From the NCBI GenBank assembly GCA_030649055.1, contig JAUSGH010000019.1:1454-65453 (forward strand): a DNA stretch of 64,000 bases. The letters run 5' to 3'. The translations under genes were made by a program, and so were the position numbers. A model generated the notes under the pieces. It made no database searches. It was not told the origin of the DNA and saw only the letters and a list, made by a program, of their open reading frames with translations. How positions within the stretch are numbered: position 1 is the stretch's first letter; the number at the start of each line of letters is the position of its first letter. The stretch is from a bacterium (lineage in GTDB: Bacteria > Patescibacteriota > Minisyncoccia > UBA6257 > JAUSGH01). Below are positions 18,171 to 27,234 of the stretch, piece by piece.

Positions 18171-19682
18171 ATGATAAATATCAAAACCGCTTTCACTAAG
18201 TTTCTTCGTCTTGTGAGTCCCGCTACTCCCGTGGGCGGGCTTGAAATTTCCGATAATTTTCTGCGGTTTTTTGGCGTAGTGGCGGGCGTTCCTAAAACCG
18301 CGGCAATCCATCTTCCGCCCGGAGTTGTCACTGGAGGACGCGTTGCCGAGCCGGTGAATTTCCGCAAAGCGCTCCACGAACTCCGCGCGAATGTCGCAGG
18401 TGGCGAGGCGCGATGCCACGTGGTCGTCACCCTTGAGACGCCGGCCGTGTATAGCCAGATATTTTCCGTGCCCGTTGTCGCCCCTGATCGTCTCGGTGAG
18501 GCAGTGGAGCTGAATCTGCGGATGATTTCTCCTATGAGTGTTGATCGTGTGTACGCGGATGCCGAACGCGTGGGATCCGGCGCCTCCGGAGAAACGGAAT
18601 ACCTCGGAGCGTTTTTGGAGCGCGCGATTGCCGACGAGTTTAGCGCGGCATTGGCGAGCTCCGGTTTTGTGCTATTGGCTTTGGAATTTACCGGGCTTTC
18701 CGTTGCCCGCCTTATCGGCACGCTCGGCGTTGGGTATGTCAAAGGTGAATCCTATCTTGTATTGCGTGTTTCCGCCGGAGGTCTTGAGTTGCTCATACTC
18801 CGGAACGGTAATTTGCACTTTGACCATTTTTCTCCGTGGGGTGAGGTCGGCGCGGATGGCGCGCGTGCGATTGATGATGCCCGTTTTGAAGACGTGCTCC
18901 GTCGCGAAGTGCAGCGCGTCCTGAATTTTTACTCCGGCAAGTGGCCGGGGAGTTTCAAGGGCGTTATTCTTCTTGCGCGGGATGTCGCGCCGCGCGTGGA
19001 GCGTGTGCTTACGCAATATTTTGACCTTGCGGTCATGCCGCTTGCCGTGACGCAGTTCGGAGATGTTATTCCGTCGTTTGCCGGCGCCTTGGGCGCGTAT
19101 CTTCGTGGCAGTATTTCCCGTGAAAGCGACACATTCATCAGCGTTGCTCCGGTGGGTACGGAAGAGGCGTTCGCGTGGAGTCGTTTACTGCGTTTTCTCG
19201 CGTTTTGGCGCAATGTGGCGCTGACTGCCTGTAGCTTTCTGTTTCTTGTCACACTTGTCGCGGCAAGTATCTCCGCGCGTATTGAGACGTCGCTGCGCAC
19301 CACTTCCACGCTTGTTCCGCCGGGCGTGGACGCGAATGAAGTGGCAATGTTAGAGAGCCAGGCAAAAGCGTTTAATTCCGATCTCGGCGCGGCGCTCCGC
19401 GCGCGCGGATCGGCAAAAGTTTTATCGCCGCTGTTTACGGAACTCCGTAAAATTTCGGGTGAAACCGTGACGCTTGAACGTGTTTCGTTTTCGCCGTCCG
19501 GTGGTGAGATGAATATTTCGGGGCGCGCCATTTCCGAACTTGCGGCGATTAACTTCAAAAACGCCTTGGCGCGTCGGGAGGGATTTACCGCGGTGAATTT
19601 ACCGCTCGCGAATATCGTTCCTGATTCTGACGGCAAGGTGACGTTCCAGCTTACGCTGCGCGTGGAAAAAGAGGCGCCGTAG
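18171..19682 (+). CDS. PilM-PilN fusion (actin-like ATPase-fold domain, TM helix, periplasmic PilN-like domain)
   Basis: N-terminal ~330 aa is PilM-like. TM LRFLAFWRNVALTACSFLFLVTLVAASI near residue 340, then a ~150-aa C-terminal domain. Confidence 0.5.
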   Translation: MINIKTAFTKFLRLVSPATPVGGLEISDNFLRFFGVVAGVPKTAAIHLPPGVVTGGRVAEPVNFRKALHELRANVAGGEARCHVVVTLETPAVYSQIFSVPVVAPDRLGEAVELNLRMISPMSVDRVYADAERVGSGASGETEYLGAFLERAIADEFSAALASSGFVLLALEFTGLSVARLIGTLGVGYVKGESYLVLRVSAGGLELLILRNGNLHFDHFSPWGEVGADGARAIDDARFEDVLRREVQRVLNFYSGKWPGSFKGVILLARDVAPRVERVLTQYFDLAVMPLAVTQFGDVIPSFAGALGAYLRGSISRESDTFISVAPVGTEEAFAWSRLLRFLAFWRNVALTACSFLFLVTLVAASISARIETSLRTTSTLVPPGVDANEVAMLESQAKAFNSDLGAALRARGSAKVLSPLFTELRKISGETVTLERVSFSPSGGEMNISGRAISELAAINFKNALARREGFTAVNLPLANIVPDSDGKVTFQLTLRVEKEAP

Positions 19683-19703
19683 CCGCTTCATTCCGCTACG
19701 ACG

Positions 19704-20195
19704 TTATTGCGGTATTTCGGGCGCGCCGAAAAGCTCGTTCGCCGCTTTTTGGAATACATCCATGAACTGTTTTTTTCCGGTCGCGGAGATTTTTTTGAGC
19801 ACGAACGTTTCCGCCTTTGGGTGGCGCGCGCCTTCTGTCTTCGGTCGGATGCCGACACGTAGACGCGTGAAGTCTGTTGACCCCGTGGCGTCAAAAACGC
19901 TTTGTACGCCTTTGTGTCCGGCGGCGCCACGAGCGGTAGAAATTTTATATTCGCCGATATATATGTCGGATTCGTCGTGAACGATGAGTGTGTGTTCGGG
20001 CGAGGCAAAAGTTTTTTTCATCATAGCGCCGACGGATGCGCCGGATTCGTTCATATAGCCCGCGGTCTTTTTCGCTGCCAGCGCGGGATAATGCTTCTCA
20101 AGGTAGTCAACAAAAAGATGTCCGACGTTGTGGTAGGTGTTGGCATACTGGGGATCGTTGTTTCCGAGGCCGATAATCAGTTTGAATGGCTTCAT
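19704..20195 (-). CDS. pth: peptidyl-tRNA hydrolase
   Basis: ORF 19704..20246 trimmed to MKPFKLIIGLGNNDPQYANTYHNVGH, the Pth signature. Confidence 0.85.
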   Translation of the reverse strand: MKPFKLIIGLGNNDPQYANTYHNVGHLFVDYLEKHYPALAAKKTAGYMNESGASVGAMMKKTFASPEHTLIVHDESDIYIGEYKISTARGAAGHKGVQSVFDATGSTDFTRLRVGIRPKTEGARHPKAETFVLKKISATGKKQFMDVFQKAANELFGAPEIPQ

Positions 20196-20298
20196 GTCCG
20201 ATGTCGGATGTCCGATGTCCGAGGTTGACCGTCCGTCACCCGTCACCCGACACTCGTCATATTTGCTTTAATGCTTTTATTCTAGTAGAATATGATGT

Positions 20299-20859
20299 AT
20301 GAAGCAATTCTTCCTGGCATCGCGCGAGATTTTGGAGGTTGTGCTCATTTCGCTCTTTACGGTATACATCATCCGCTCTTTTCTTGTGCAGCCGTTTTTG
20401 GTCTCCGGGGCTTCCATGGAGCCGAATTTTTCCGACGGTAATTATCTCCTGATCGATGAACTGACGTACCGTTTTCGTCAGCCGGCGCGCGGCGAGGTGA
20501 CGGTGTTCCGCTACCCCGGGGACGTCAAAACATTTTACATTAAGCGCATCGTCGGGTTGCCCGGTGAGCGCGTGGTGATTCAGGATGGCGTGGTGCGTGT
20601 ATACAACAGCGAGTATCCCGGAGGATTGTTGCTTTCCGAGGAGTACATCGCGCCGAGCGTCACTACCATCGGTGATGTGGACCGGACGCTTGATACCGAT
20701 GAGTACTTTGTGCTGGGTGATAACCGTTACTTCAGCTTTGACTCGCGCAACTGGGGCGTCCTTCCGAAGAGCGATATCATCGGCGTTGTGCGGTTGCGGT
20801 TGCTTCCGATTCGCGCCGCGCAGACGTTTACGGTGCCGAGTTATGAGGGGGGACAATAA
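20299..20859 (+). CDS. lepB: signal peptidase I
   Basis: SGASMEP catalytic Ser box, RIVGLPGE, GDNRYFSFDSR. Confidence 0.85.
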   Translation: MKQFFLASREILEVVLISLFTVYIIRSFLVQPFLVSGASMEPNFSDGNYLLIDELTYRFRQPARGEVTVFRYPGDVKTFYIKRIVGLPGERVVIQDGVVRVYNSEYPGGLLLSEEYIAPSVTTIGDVDRTLDTDEYFVLGDNRYFSFDSRNWGVLPKSDIIGVVRLRLLPIRAAQTFTVPSYEGGQ

Positions 20860-20860
20860 G

Positions 20861-20924
20861 GCAACGAAGCAAAAGAGCAACGAAGCAAAAAAGTAAGAAA
20901 ACAATAAAGCAACGAAGCAAAAAA
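20861..20924 (+). repeat. eight tandem 8-bp units GCAAMRAA (gcaacgaa gcaaaaga gcaacgaa gcaaaaaa gtaagaaa acaataaa gcaacgaa gcaaaaaa) filling the lepB-hisS spacer
   Basis: Read directly. Begins 2 nt after the lepB stop and ends 1 nt before the hisS ATG. Confidence 0.85.
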
Positions 20925-20925
20925 T

Positions 20926-22299
20926 ATGCCGCAAAAAGATAAAAAAGTATCAGAAAAAGGAAAGGTGAAAGCGCCGTTTCAGTCGCCGAAGGGTATGCAC
21001 GATATCTTGCCGTTGGAGGAGCCGTATTGGGAGAAGCTCCGCCGTGATTTGCGCGCGGTCGCGGAGGTGTACAATTTTCGCCGTATTGACACGACATTGT
21101 TGGAAACAACGGACCTTTTTGAGCGGTCGCTTGGCGCCACGAGCGACATTGTTGAAAAACAAATGTTTTCGTTCCGCACGAAAGGCGGAGATATGTTAGT
21201 CTTGCGCCCGGAAGGGACTGCTTCCGTAATGCGCGCGTACATCCAGCACGGGATGAGCCACATGGGGACTCCGCTGAAGCTTTATTACATCGGCCCGATG
21301 TTCCGCTATGAACAGCCGCAGGCCGGACGGTTGCGCCAGTTGCATCAGGCGGGGTTTGAAATTCTTGGCGGCGATGAAGACGCGGTCTACGACGCGCAGA
21401 TCATGCTTGCGTGTTACCGTTTTATTGAGTCGACGAAGGTGAAGCAGCTCATGGTGCACATCAATTCCATCGGCTGCAAAAATTGCCGCCCGAATTACCG
21501 TAAAAAACTCACCGACTACTATACCGGACGCGGTGGAAATACTAATAAGGAAAAATTGATTTGTAAGGACTGTCGCCGTCGGCTGGAAACAAACCCGTTG
21601 CGTTTGTTGGATTGCAAAGTGTCCGGGTGCATTGAGCTCAAAAAGGACGCCCCCGTTATGCTGGATCAGCTCTGCAGTTTTTGCAAAAACCATTTCAAGA
21701 ACGTTTTGGAATATGTGGAAGAGCTGAAGATTCCGTATACGCTGGATCACGCTCTTGTCCGCGGTTTGGATTACTATAACCGCACCGTGTTTGAAATCTT
21801 TACAGAAGGTGAGGCGCCGGCTGATCCGAAAGCCGAAGGGGCTCTGAAGGGCGTGCCGCGAAAATTTGACTTTGCCTTGGCGGGCGGCGGACGGTTTGAT
21901 TATCTTGCCGAAATGATCGGCGGCAGGCCTACGTCCGCGGTTGGTGGCGCGGTGGGACTTGACCGCCTCATTGAAGTCATGAAGGCATTTGGCACGGCTC
22001 CGCTCCGTACGATAGAAAAAGTATTTTTGATTCACATCGGCGACCTCGCGAAGAAAAAAAGTTTGGCGATTATTGAACTGCTTCACCATGAGGGCATCAC
22101 CACCGCCGAAACATTGGGCAAGGAATCGTTGAAGGCCCAGCTCCGTTCCGCGGACAAAGGCGGCGCTCCGATGGCACTTATCTTCGGACAGAAAGAAGCG
22201 TTGGAGGGATCCATTATCATCAGAGATCTCCGCACCGGCGCGCAAGAAACCGTGCCGCTTCATAAAATGGCGGGGGAAGTGAAGCGCCGGTTGAAATAG
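20926..22299 (+). CDS. hisS: histidyl-tRNA synthetase with cysteine-rich insertion
   Basis: HDILP, motif 2 FRYEQPQAGRLRQ, HisRS anticodon-binding C-domain. About 60-aa insert with CKNC...CKDC...C..C...CSFC. Confidence 0.85.
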   Translation: MPQKDKKVSEKGKVKAPFQSPKGMHDILPLEEPYWEKLRRDLRAVAEVYNFRRIDTTLLETTDLFERSLGATSDIVEKQMFSFRTKGGDMLVLRPEGTASVMRAYIQHGMSHMGTPLKLYYIGPMFRYEQPQAGRLRQLHQAGFEILGGDEDAVYDAQIMLACYRFIESTKVKQLMVHINSIGCKNCRPNYRKKLTDYYTGRGGNTNKEKLICKDCRRRLETNPLRLLDCKVSGCIELKKDAPVMLDQLCSFCKNHFKNVLEYVEELKIPYTLDHALVRGLDYYNRTVFEIFTEGEAPADPKAEGALKGVPRKFDFALAGGGRFDYLAEMIGGRPTSAVGGAVGLDRLIEVMKAFGTAPLRTIEKVFLIHIGDLAKKKSLAIIELLHHEGITTAETLGKESLKAQLRSADKGGAPMALIFGQKEALEGSIIIRDLRTGAQETVPLHKMAGEVKRRLK

Positions 22300-22333
22300 G
22301 ACGTATACGTCCTGTAGGACCTATTGGTCGTAT

Positions 22334-22741
22334 ATGAACTGTCTCTTCTGCAACATCGCAACCAAAGAAATTTCCGCGCGCATTGTTTATGAAGACGATG
22401 CAACGCTCGCGTTTCTGGACATTCATCCGCGGACGATGGGGCACACGGTCATCATTCCCAAAACGCATACCGAAAATATCGTGATGGCACCGGAGGCGCT
22501 CATCACCCCGACCTTTTTGACAGTGAAGAAGATAACTGTTATGCTTCAACACACGTTGAGCCCCAAAGGATTCACTATCGGCATCAATCACGGGCGGATC
22601 AGCGGGCAGGCGGTGGATCACTTGCACGTGCATGTTATCCCGCGCTACGAGGGGGACGGCGGCGGTTCAATCCATAGCGTCGTCAACTACTCTTCACTAT
22701 TATCATTAGACGAGGTCGCAGCAAAAATTAAGCAGAATTAA
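22334..22741 (+). CDS. HIT-family (histidine triad) hydrolase
   Basis: CLFCNI zinc motif and HLHVHVIPR histidine triad. Confidence 0.8.
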   Translation: MNCLFCNIATKEISARIVYEDDATLAFLDIHPRTMGHTVIIPKTHTENIVMAPEALITPTFLTVKKITVMLQHTLSPKGFTIGINHGRISGQAVDHLHVHVIPRYEGDGGGSIHSVVNYSSLLSLDEVAAKIKQN

Positions 22742-22748
22742 TAATACT

Positions 22749-22973
22749 ATGTCTGTCGAAGTACGTAAAAAAGAAGGGGAGTCCGCGAGCAGCTTGCTCT
22801 ACCGCTTTACAAAAAAAGTGCAGCAGAGTGGCGTATTAAAAGAAGCAAAGAAGCGTCGATTCCATAAGCGCGCTCAGAGCGGTTTGAAGCGCAAGCTTTC
22901 CGCCCTGCACCGCGTAGGAAAGAAAGTGGAGATGGATCGGATGCGGAAATTGGGATTGACCCCCGAGAGATAG
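22749..22973 (+). CDS. rpsU: 30S ribosomal protein S21
   Basis: MSVEVRKKEGE...LLYRFTKKVQQSGVLKEAKKRRFHKRAQSG resembles S21 [26 protein letters not shown]. Confidence 0.75.
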   Translation: MSVEVRKKEGESASSLLYRFTKKVQQSGVLKEAKKRRFHKRAQSGLKRKLSALHRVGKKVEMDRMRKLGLTPER

Positions 22974-22980
22974 AGAGGTA

Positions 22981-23069
22981 GCTTCCTTAGCTTTTAGCTT
23001 CATTAGAAGGGAGGTTGTACGGTCTAATGAAGCTAACGAAGCTAACCCAGCTAACCATCTAACGAAGCC
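22981..23069. repeat. inverted arms built from 9-bp units: GCTTYMTTA x3 (22981-23006) and TAAYSNAGC x5 (23025-23069)
   Basis: TAGCTTCATTAG/CTAATGAAGCTA perfect 12-bp stem. Units share AACGAAGC with the hisS-upstream octamers. Confidence 0.7.
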
Positions 23070-23074
23070 ATCGT

Positions 23075-23527
23075 ATGTTAAAAGAAAAAATCACCGCGGA
23101 TATTAAAGAGGCGATGAAATCCGGAGCCGCAGAGCGGCTTGGAGTTTTGCGCATGCTTTCATCCGCTATTGGCAATCGGAAGATTGAAAAGCGCGCGAAG
23201 ACCGGCAAAGACGAAGATTTGACCGATGATGAGGTTATGGAAGTCATCGGCAAAGAAGCAAAAAAACGCAAAGAATCCATCGCGGTGTTTGTTTCCGGCG
23301 GACGGAGCGACCTCGCGGCGCAGGAGGAAAAAGAGCTCGTTATTCTTGGCGCATATCTTCCCGCGCAGATGAGCGAAGCGGATACCGTGGCGGCGGTTAC
23401 CCGCATTGTTGATGCCGCGCCGGTTAAGGAATTAGGTCCGGTCATGAAGGCGGTGATGGCGGAGCTCAAGGGAAAAGCGGACTCCTCGCTTGTTTCACGT
23501 CTTGTAAAAGAGCGGCTTGGAGCGTAA
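23075..23527 (+). CDS. GatB/YqeY-domain protein
   Basis: MLKEKITADIKEAMKSGAAERLGVLRMLSSAI YqeY N-terminal signature. Confidence 0.75.
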   Translation: MLKEKITADIKEAMKSGAAERLGVLRMLSSAIGNRKIEKRAKTGKDEDLTDDEVMEVIGKEAKKRKESIAVFVSGGRSDLAAQEEKELVILGAYLPAQMSEADTVAAVTRIVDAAPVKELGPVMKAVMAELKGKADSSLVSRLVKERLGA

Positions 23528-23532
23528 TACGT

Positions 23533-23919
23533 ATGCTGCAGATCATACTCACTGCAGAAAAAAAATTTGGACGCTATGCATCGCGCGCTCGCGCGATGTT
23601 GCGTTTCTTGGGGCGGCTCGTAAAGGAAAAAGCCGCGGTAGAGGTGCATCTTGTGGGGAACGCGGTGATGAACAAAAATGTGTTGTCTTATGTTTCACCG
23701 CGGAAATTTTTTCGTCCGGATATTTCCGGCAAGGCGCTTGGAGAGATTTATTTGAACCCGACCTACATTGCCGCGCACGGCGAAGATGTTGATCTTATGC
23801 TTGTGCACGGCTTTTTGCATTTGCTGGGGTATGACCACAAACGGAAAAGTGATAGAATAAAGATGGAAAAGAAAGAAGACGCGTTGTTGAAGCAATTTTA
23901 CCGGAGCAAAAGTTCGTAG
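23533..23919 (+). CDS. ybeY: rRNA maturation endoribonuclease YbeY
   Basis: HGFLHLLGYDH, the H3xH5xH metal site. Confidence 0.8.
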   Translation: MLQIILTAEKKFGRYASRARAMLRFLGRLVKEKAAVEVHLVGNAVMNKNVLSYVSPRKFFRPDISGKALGEIYLNPTYIAAHGEDVDLMLVHGFLHLLGYDHKRKSDRIKMEKKEDALLKQFYRSKSS

Positions 23920-23927
23920 AAATTTTT

Positions 23928-25160
23928 ATGAAATCGCGATTCATCGTCGGGTTGGACATCGGATCGCTCGCCATCAAAGCTGCCGTGCTCGAACAAAAGA
24001 GCGACGGTAGCTTAGTGTTGCAATACGCGACTAAAGCTCCGGTGGAAGGTATGCGCAAAGGAATGGTGGATGACTTGGGCGCGGTGACGCGGTCGGTCAA
24101 CGTCGTCTTGGCGGATATTCGGCAAATCCACAAAAACGCGGCAAAACATATTTACCTCAGCATCGGCACGCCGAACGTCCGCGTGCAGATATCTAAGGGA
24201 ATCGTCGCTGTTTCCCGCGCGGATTTTGAAATTTTTAATGATGACATCGGGCACGCGATTGAAGCGGCGGAGTCCGTGAAGCTTCCGGCGAACCGGATGG
24301 TGATTCACACTATCACCGATGAGTTTGTGGTGGATGATGTCGCGGATATCAAGGACCCGTTGGGCATGATCGGGCATCGGCTGGAAGCAAAAAGTATGAT
24401 TATCGACGCGTTCGCTCCGGCGGTGAAAAATATCACGCGCGCGGTGGAGGTCGCGGGTGGTGGCATCGCGGGTCTTATTTTTGGACCTATCGCCGGCGCG
24501 CGGTCGGTGTTCAGTAAAAATCAGCGGGAGCTCGGCACGGTACTTCTTGACATCGGATTCAGCACCACGGGCATCGCGCTGTATCAGGAGCACAAACTGC
24601 TACATACGAATATTTTTCCGTATGGCTCTGGCCATATTACCAATGACCTGACGCACGGACTTAAAATTTCCGTGGAAGCCGCGGAGGGAGTGAAGCTTGC
24701 CTATGGCGCCGCGTTTGCGAAAGATGTGTCCGTTCGCGAGACTGTGGATATCTCTAAATTTGAGCCGCACGCGCGGGGGAGCATCACTCGGCGATTCATC
24801 GCGGACATCGTGGAAGCCCGGCTTGCAGAAATTTTGGAGTTCGTCAATAATGACCTTAAGGCGGTGAATAAGTCCGGTCAGCTTCCCGGGGGCGTGGTGC
24901 TTGTGGGTGGCGGGGCAAAAACTCCGGGACTTGTTGACCTTGTCCGACAAGAGTTGCGTTTGCCCACTCGGGTTGGCATTCCGGATCTTTCTATGTTCCA
25001 GATTCCCTCTGCGGAGCTTGCCGCCACGGTGGAAGACCCTGAATACGCGTGTGCCCTGGGATTAGTGCTCTGGGGTGTGGATAAGTCCGGCGAAGGAGTG
25101 CGCGTAAAGGGAGATGCTTTCGGCTGGTTGAAAAAACTGGTGAGTTACATCGTGCCTTGA
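23928..25160 (+). CDS. ftsA: cell division protein FtsA
   Basis: GLDIGSLAIKAAV N-terminus, actin-fold motifs, DIGFSTTGIALY. TGA stop. Confidence 0.85.
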   Translation: MKSRFIVGLDIGSLAIKAAVLEQKSDGSLVLQYATKAPVEGMRKGMVDDLGAVTRSVNVVLADIRQIHKNAAKHIYLSIGTPNVRVQISKGIVAVSRADFEIFNDDIGHAIEAAESVKLPANRMVIHTITDEFVVDDVADIKDPLGMIGHRLEAKSMIIDAFAPAVKNITRAVEVAGGGIAGLIFGPIAGARSVFSKNQRELGTVLLDIGFSTTGIALYQEHKLLHTNIFPYGSGHITNDLTHGLKISVEAAEGVKLAYGAAFAKDVSVRETVDISKFEPHARGSITRRFIADIVEARLAEILEFVNNDLKAVNKSGQLPGGVVLVGGGAKTPGLVDLVRQELRLPTRVGIPDLSMFQIPSAELAATVEDPEYACALGLVLWGVDKSGEGVRVKGDAFGWLKKLVSYIVP

Positions 25161-25466
25161 ACCCATCTCAAAAATCCCTCACAGTCGCGTTCGTAGCGAT
25201 TTCCTCGCATCCGCTAGGCGCGAGGAGGAGGTTGTAACCTCTGGGTTACGTCGACGACGAGCAACGCCGCGGGGTGAGGAAATCGCACGAACCCGAAGGG
25301 ATACGGCCAATTCCGGCGATTCCGGCGTCGCTCCTCCTCGGAGTATCAAGAGGATACACCTTCGGTCGTCGCTCCTAGGACTCGCCGGAATTGGCCAGTA
25401 TCGCGGCGGGAGAGATTTTCGAGATGGGTTCTAAAGTAATCGCAAATAATGCGAATCAGGCTCTTT

Positions 25467-25510
25467 AATAATGCGAATGGGCGCATCGAAGCCATTTGCA
25501 TTATTTTTTG
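25467..25510 (+). terminator. intrinsic terminator AATAATGCGAATGGGC-gcgcatcgaa-GCCATTTGCATTATT-TTTTT inside the ftsA-ftsZ spacer
   Basis: About 14-bp stem with one G-U pair, then T6. Lies ~300 nt after ftsA and ~75 nt before ftsZ. Confidence 0.5.
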
Positions 25511-25584
25511 CAGGCGTTCATGATGAAAATAATAGGATGCATGAGATAAATAGCCCCTGAGCTTGTCGAAGGGCTACGATATAT

Positions 25585-26817
25585 ATGAAGCAAAACGGAA
25601 GCAACAAAAAGTCAGCGGCAAAGAACAAGGTCATCCGGCCGAGTTATGCCGCGAATATTAAGGTGGTTGGCGTCGGTGGCGGCGGCTGCAGCGCGGTTTC
25701 GCGTATGCGCGACTCAATGGACTTTAAGGGCATTGATTTCATTGCCATCAACACCGATGTGCAGGATTTGGATTATTGCAATGCGAAAAAGCGCATCTAT
25801 ATCGGAAAAAATTTGACGAAAGGTTTGGGCACGGGTATGAATCCGGAGCTTGGTCGTCAGGCGGCGGAAGAAAACCGGTCGGAAATCGTGGAGTCGTTGA
25901 AAGGCGCGGATCTTGTGTTCATCACTACCGGCTTAGGCGGAGGCACTGGGTCAGGGGCCTCGCCAGTCATTGCCGAGGCGGCGCGCGAAGCCGGGGCGTT
26001 AACCGTTGCGGTGGTCACAAAACCGTTTTCTTTTGAAGGTGTACAGCGGGGACGTATTGCCGGTGAGGCACTCACGAAATTGAAAGAGAAGGTGGACACC
26101 TACATCGTTGTTCCAAACGATCGGATTTTCAGCATCATCAGCAAGGACACGCCGATAATGAAGGCGTTTGAAGTGATTGATAATGTGTTGAAGTCCGCTA
26201 TCTCCGGTATCGCGGAACTCATTGCGATGCACGGGCTCGTGAACGTGGACTTCGCGGACGTGAAAGCGACCATGCAGAATACCGGCGGGGCGGTGGTGAC
26301 CGTGGGCTATGCCGGCGGGGCGGAGCGCGCCACCAACGCGGTGAACGCGGCTATCAATTCGCCATTGCTTGAAACGTCTATCGAAGGCGCGCGGAGCGTG
26401 TTGTTCAGCGTTTCCGGCGGACGGGATTTGCGGATGAATGAAATCAACGACATCGCGAAGGTCATTGTCGGCGCGATTGATCAGAACGCCCGCATTATTT
26501 TTGGCGCGTATCACGACAAAAAGCTGAAAGTTGGTCAGCTGAAGGTGACACTCATCGCTACAAACTTCAACGGAGGCGGAGTGCAAAAAGGAGCGGAAAC
26601 TCCGGCAACCAGCTTGTTCGCGTCAACCGCGGCGGAAATAAAAACCGAGCGGGCCGGACTTGCCGGCGCGACGCTCGCGGCGACGAAAGACATGAAGGAC
26701 GCGGCGAACGATATGAAAAAAGAGGCGGATAAAAACGCCGCGGTAACGAAAAAGAAATCAAATGAGATTTGGGATATCCCGACGTTTTTGAGGAGGAATA
26801 AGAGAGGGGATGTGTAG
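25585..26817 (+). CDS. ftsZ: cell division protein FtsZ
   Basis: GVGGGGCSAVSRM, tubulin signature GLGGGTGSGASPVIAE, basic C-terminal tail with DIPTFLRR. Confidence 0.9.
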   Translation: MKQNGSNKKSAAKNKVIRPSYAANIKVVGVGGGGCSAVSRMRDSMDFKGIDFIAINTDVQDLDYCNAKKRIYIGKNLTKGLGTGMNPELGRQAAEENRSEIVESLKGADLVFITTGLGGGTGSGASPVIAEAAREAGALTVAVVTKPFSFEGVQRGRIAGEALTKLKEKVDTYIVVPNDRIFSIISKDTPIMKAFEVIDNVLKSAISGIAELIAMHGLVNVDFADVKATMQNTGGAVVTVGYAGGAERATNAVNAAINSPLLETSIEGARSVLFSVSGGRDLRMNEINDIAKVIVGAIDQNARIIFGAYHDKKLKVGQLKVTLIATNFNGGGVQKGAETPATSLFASTAAEIKTERAGLAGATLAATKDMKDAANDMKKEADKNAAVTKKKSNEIWDIPTFLRRNKRGDV

Positions 26818-27234
26818 GGTTTAATTTTGTCATTCCCGCCCTGATCGGGAATCCAGCAATTCTCCCTTTCATACTGTGTGCCGCCGTAGTTTTAACGAAG
26901 GAGCAAAGGGAGTGGCTGATAAGCCGGTGAATTTTAAATAGTAAATCCAAAAAGGTGCCCGCGGGCCCGAGGGGATTTAATATTTGTTTTCACCGTGCCC
27001 CCCGTCTCCGGACACCCGTCACCCGACCCGCCCTTTTTGACTCCGCGCGGTTTTCGGCGGTAGAATGGAGAAATTAAGATGAAGCAAAAAGAAAACAATT
27101 GCGATCGAAAGCGATCCCAAGAGAAAAGAACAAATGGTGGCGCCGGCAACGCGGTTGCTGAAATAAAACCAAGACCATTGATTCTTCTCGCAATTTAATC
27201 AAAGGCAGAATCGCGGGGGCGTAGCCCGTCTTAA

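Noticed and set aside
20257-22263. Long minus-strand ORFs (20257..20934, 21196..22263) opposite lepB and hisS
   Set aside because: Antisense to genes with unmistakable motifs. The N-terminus of the first is encoded by the octamer repeat.
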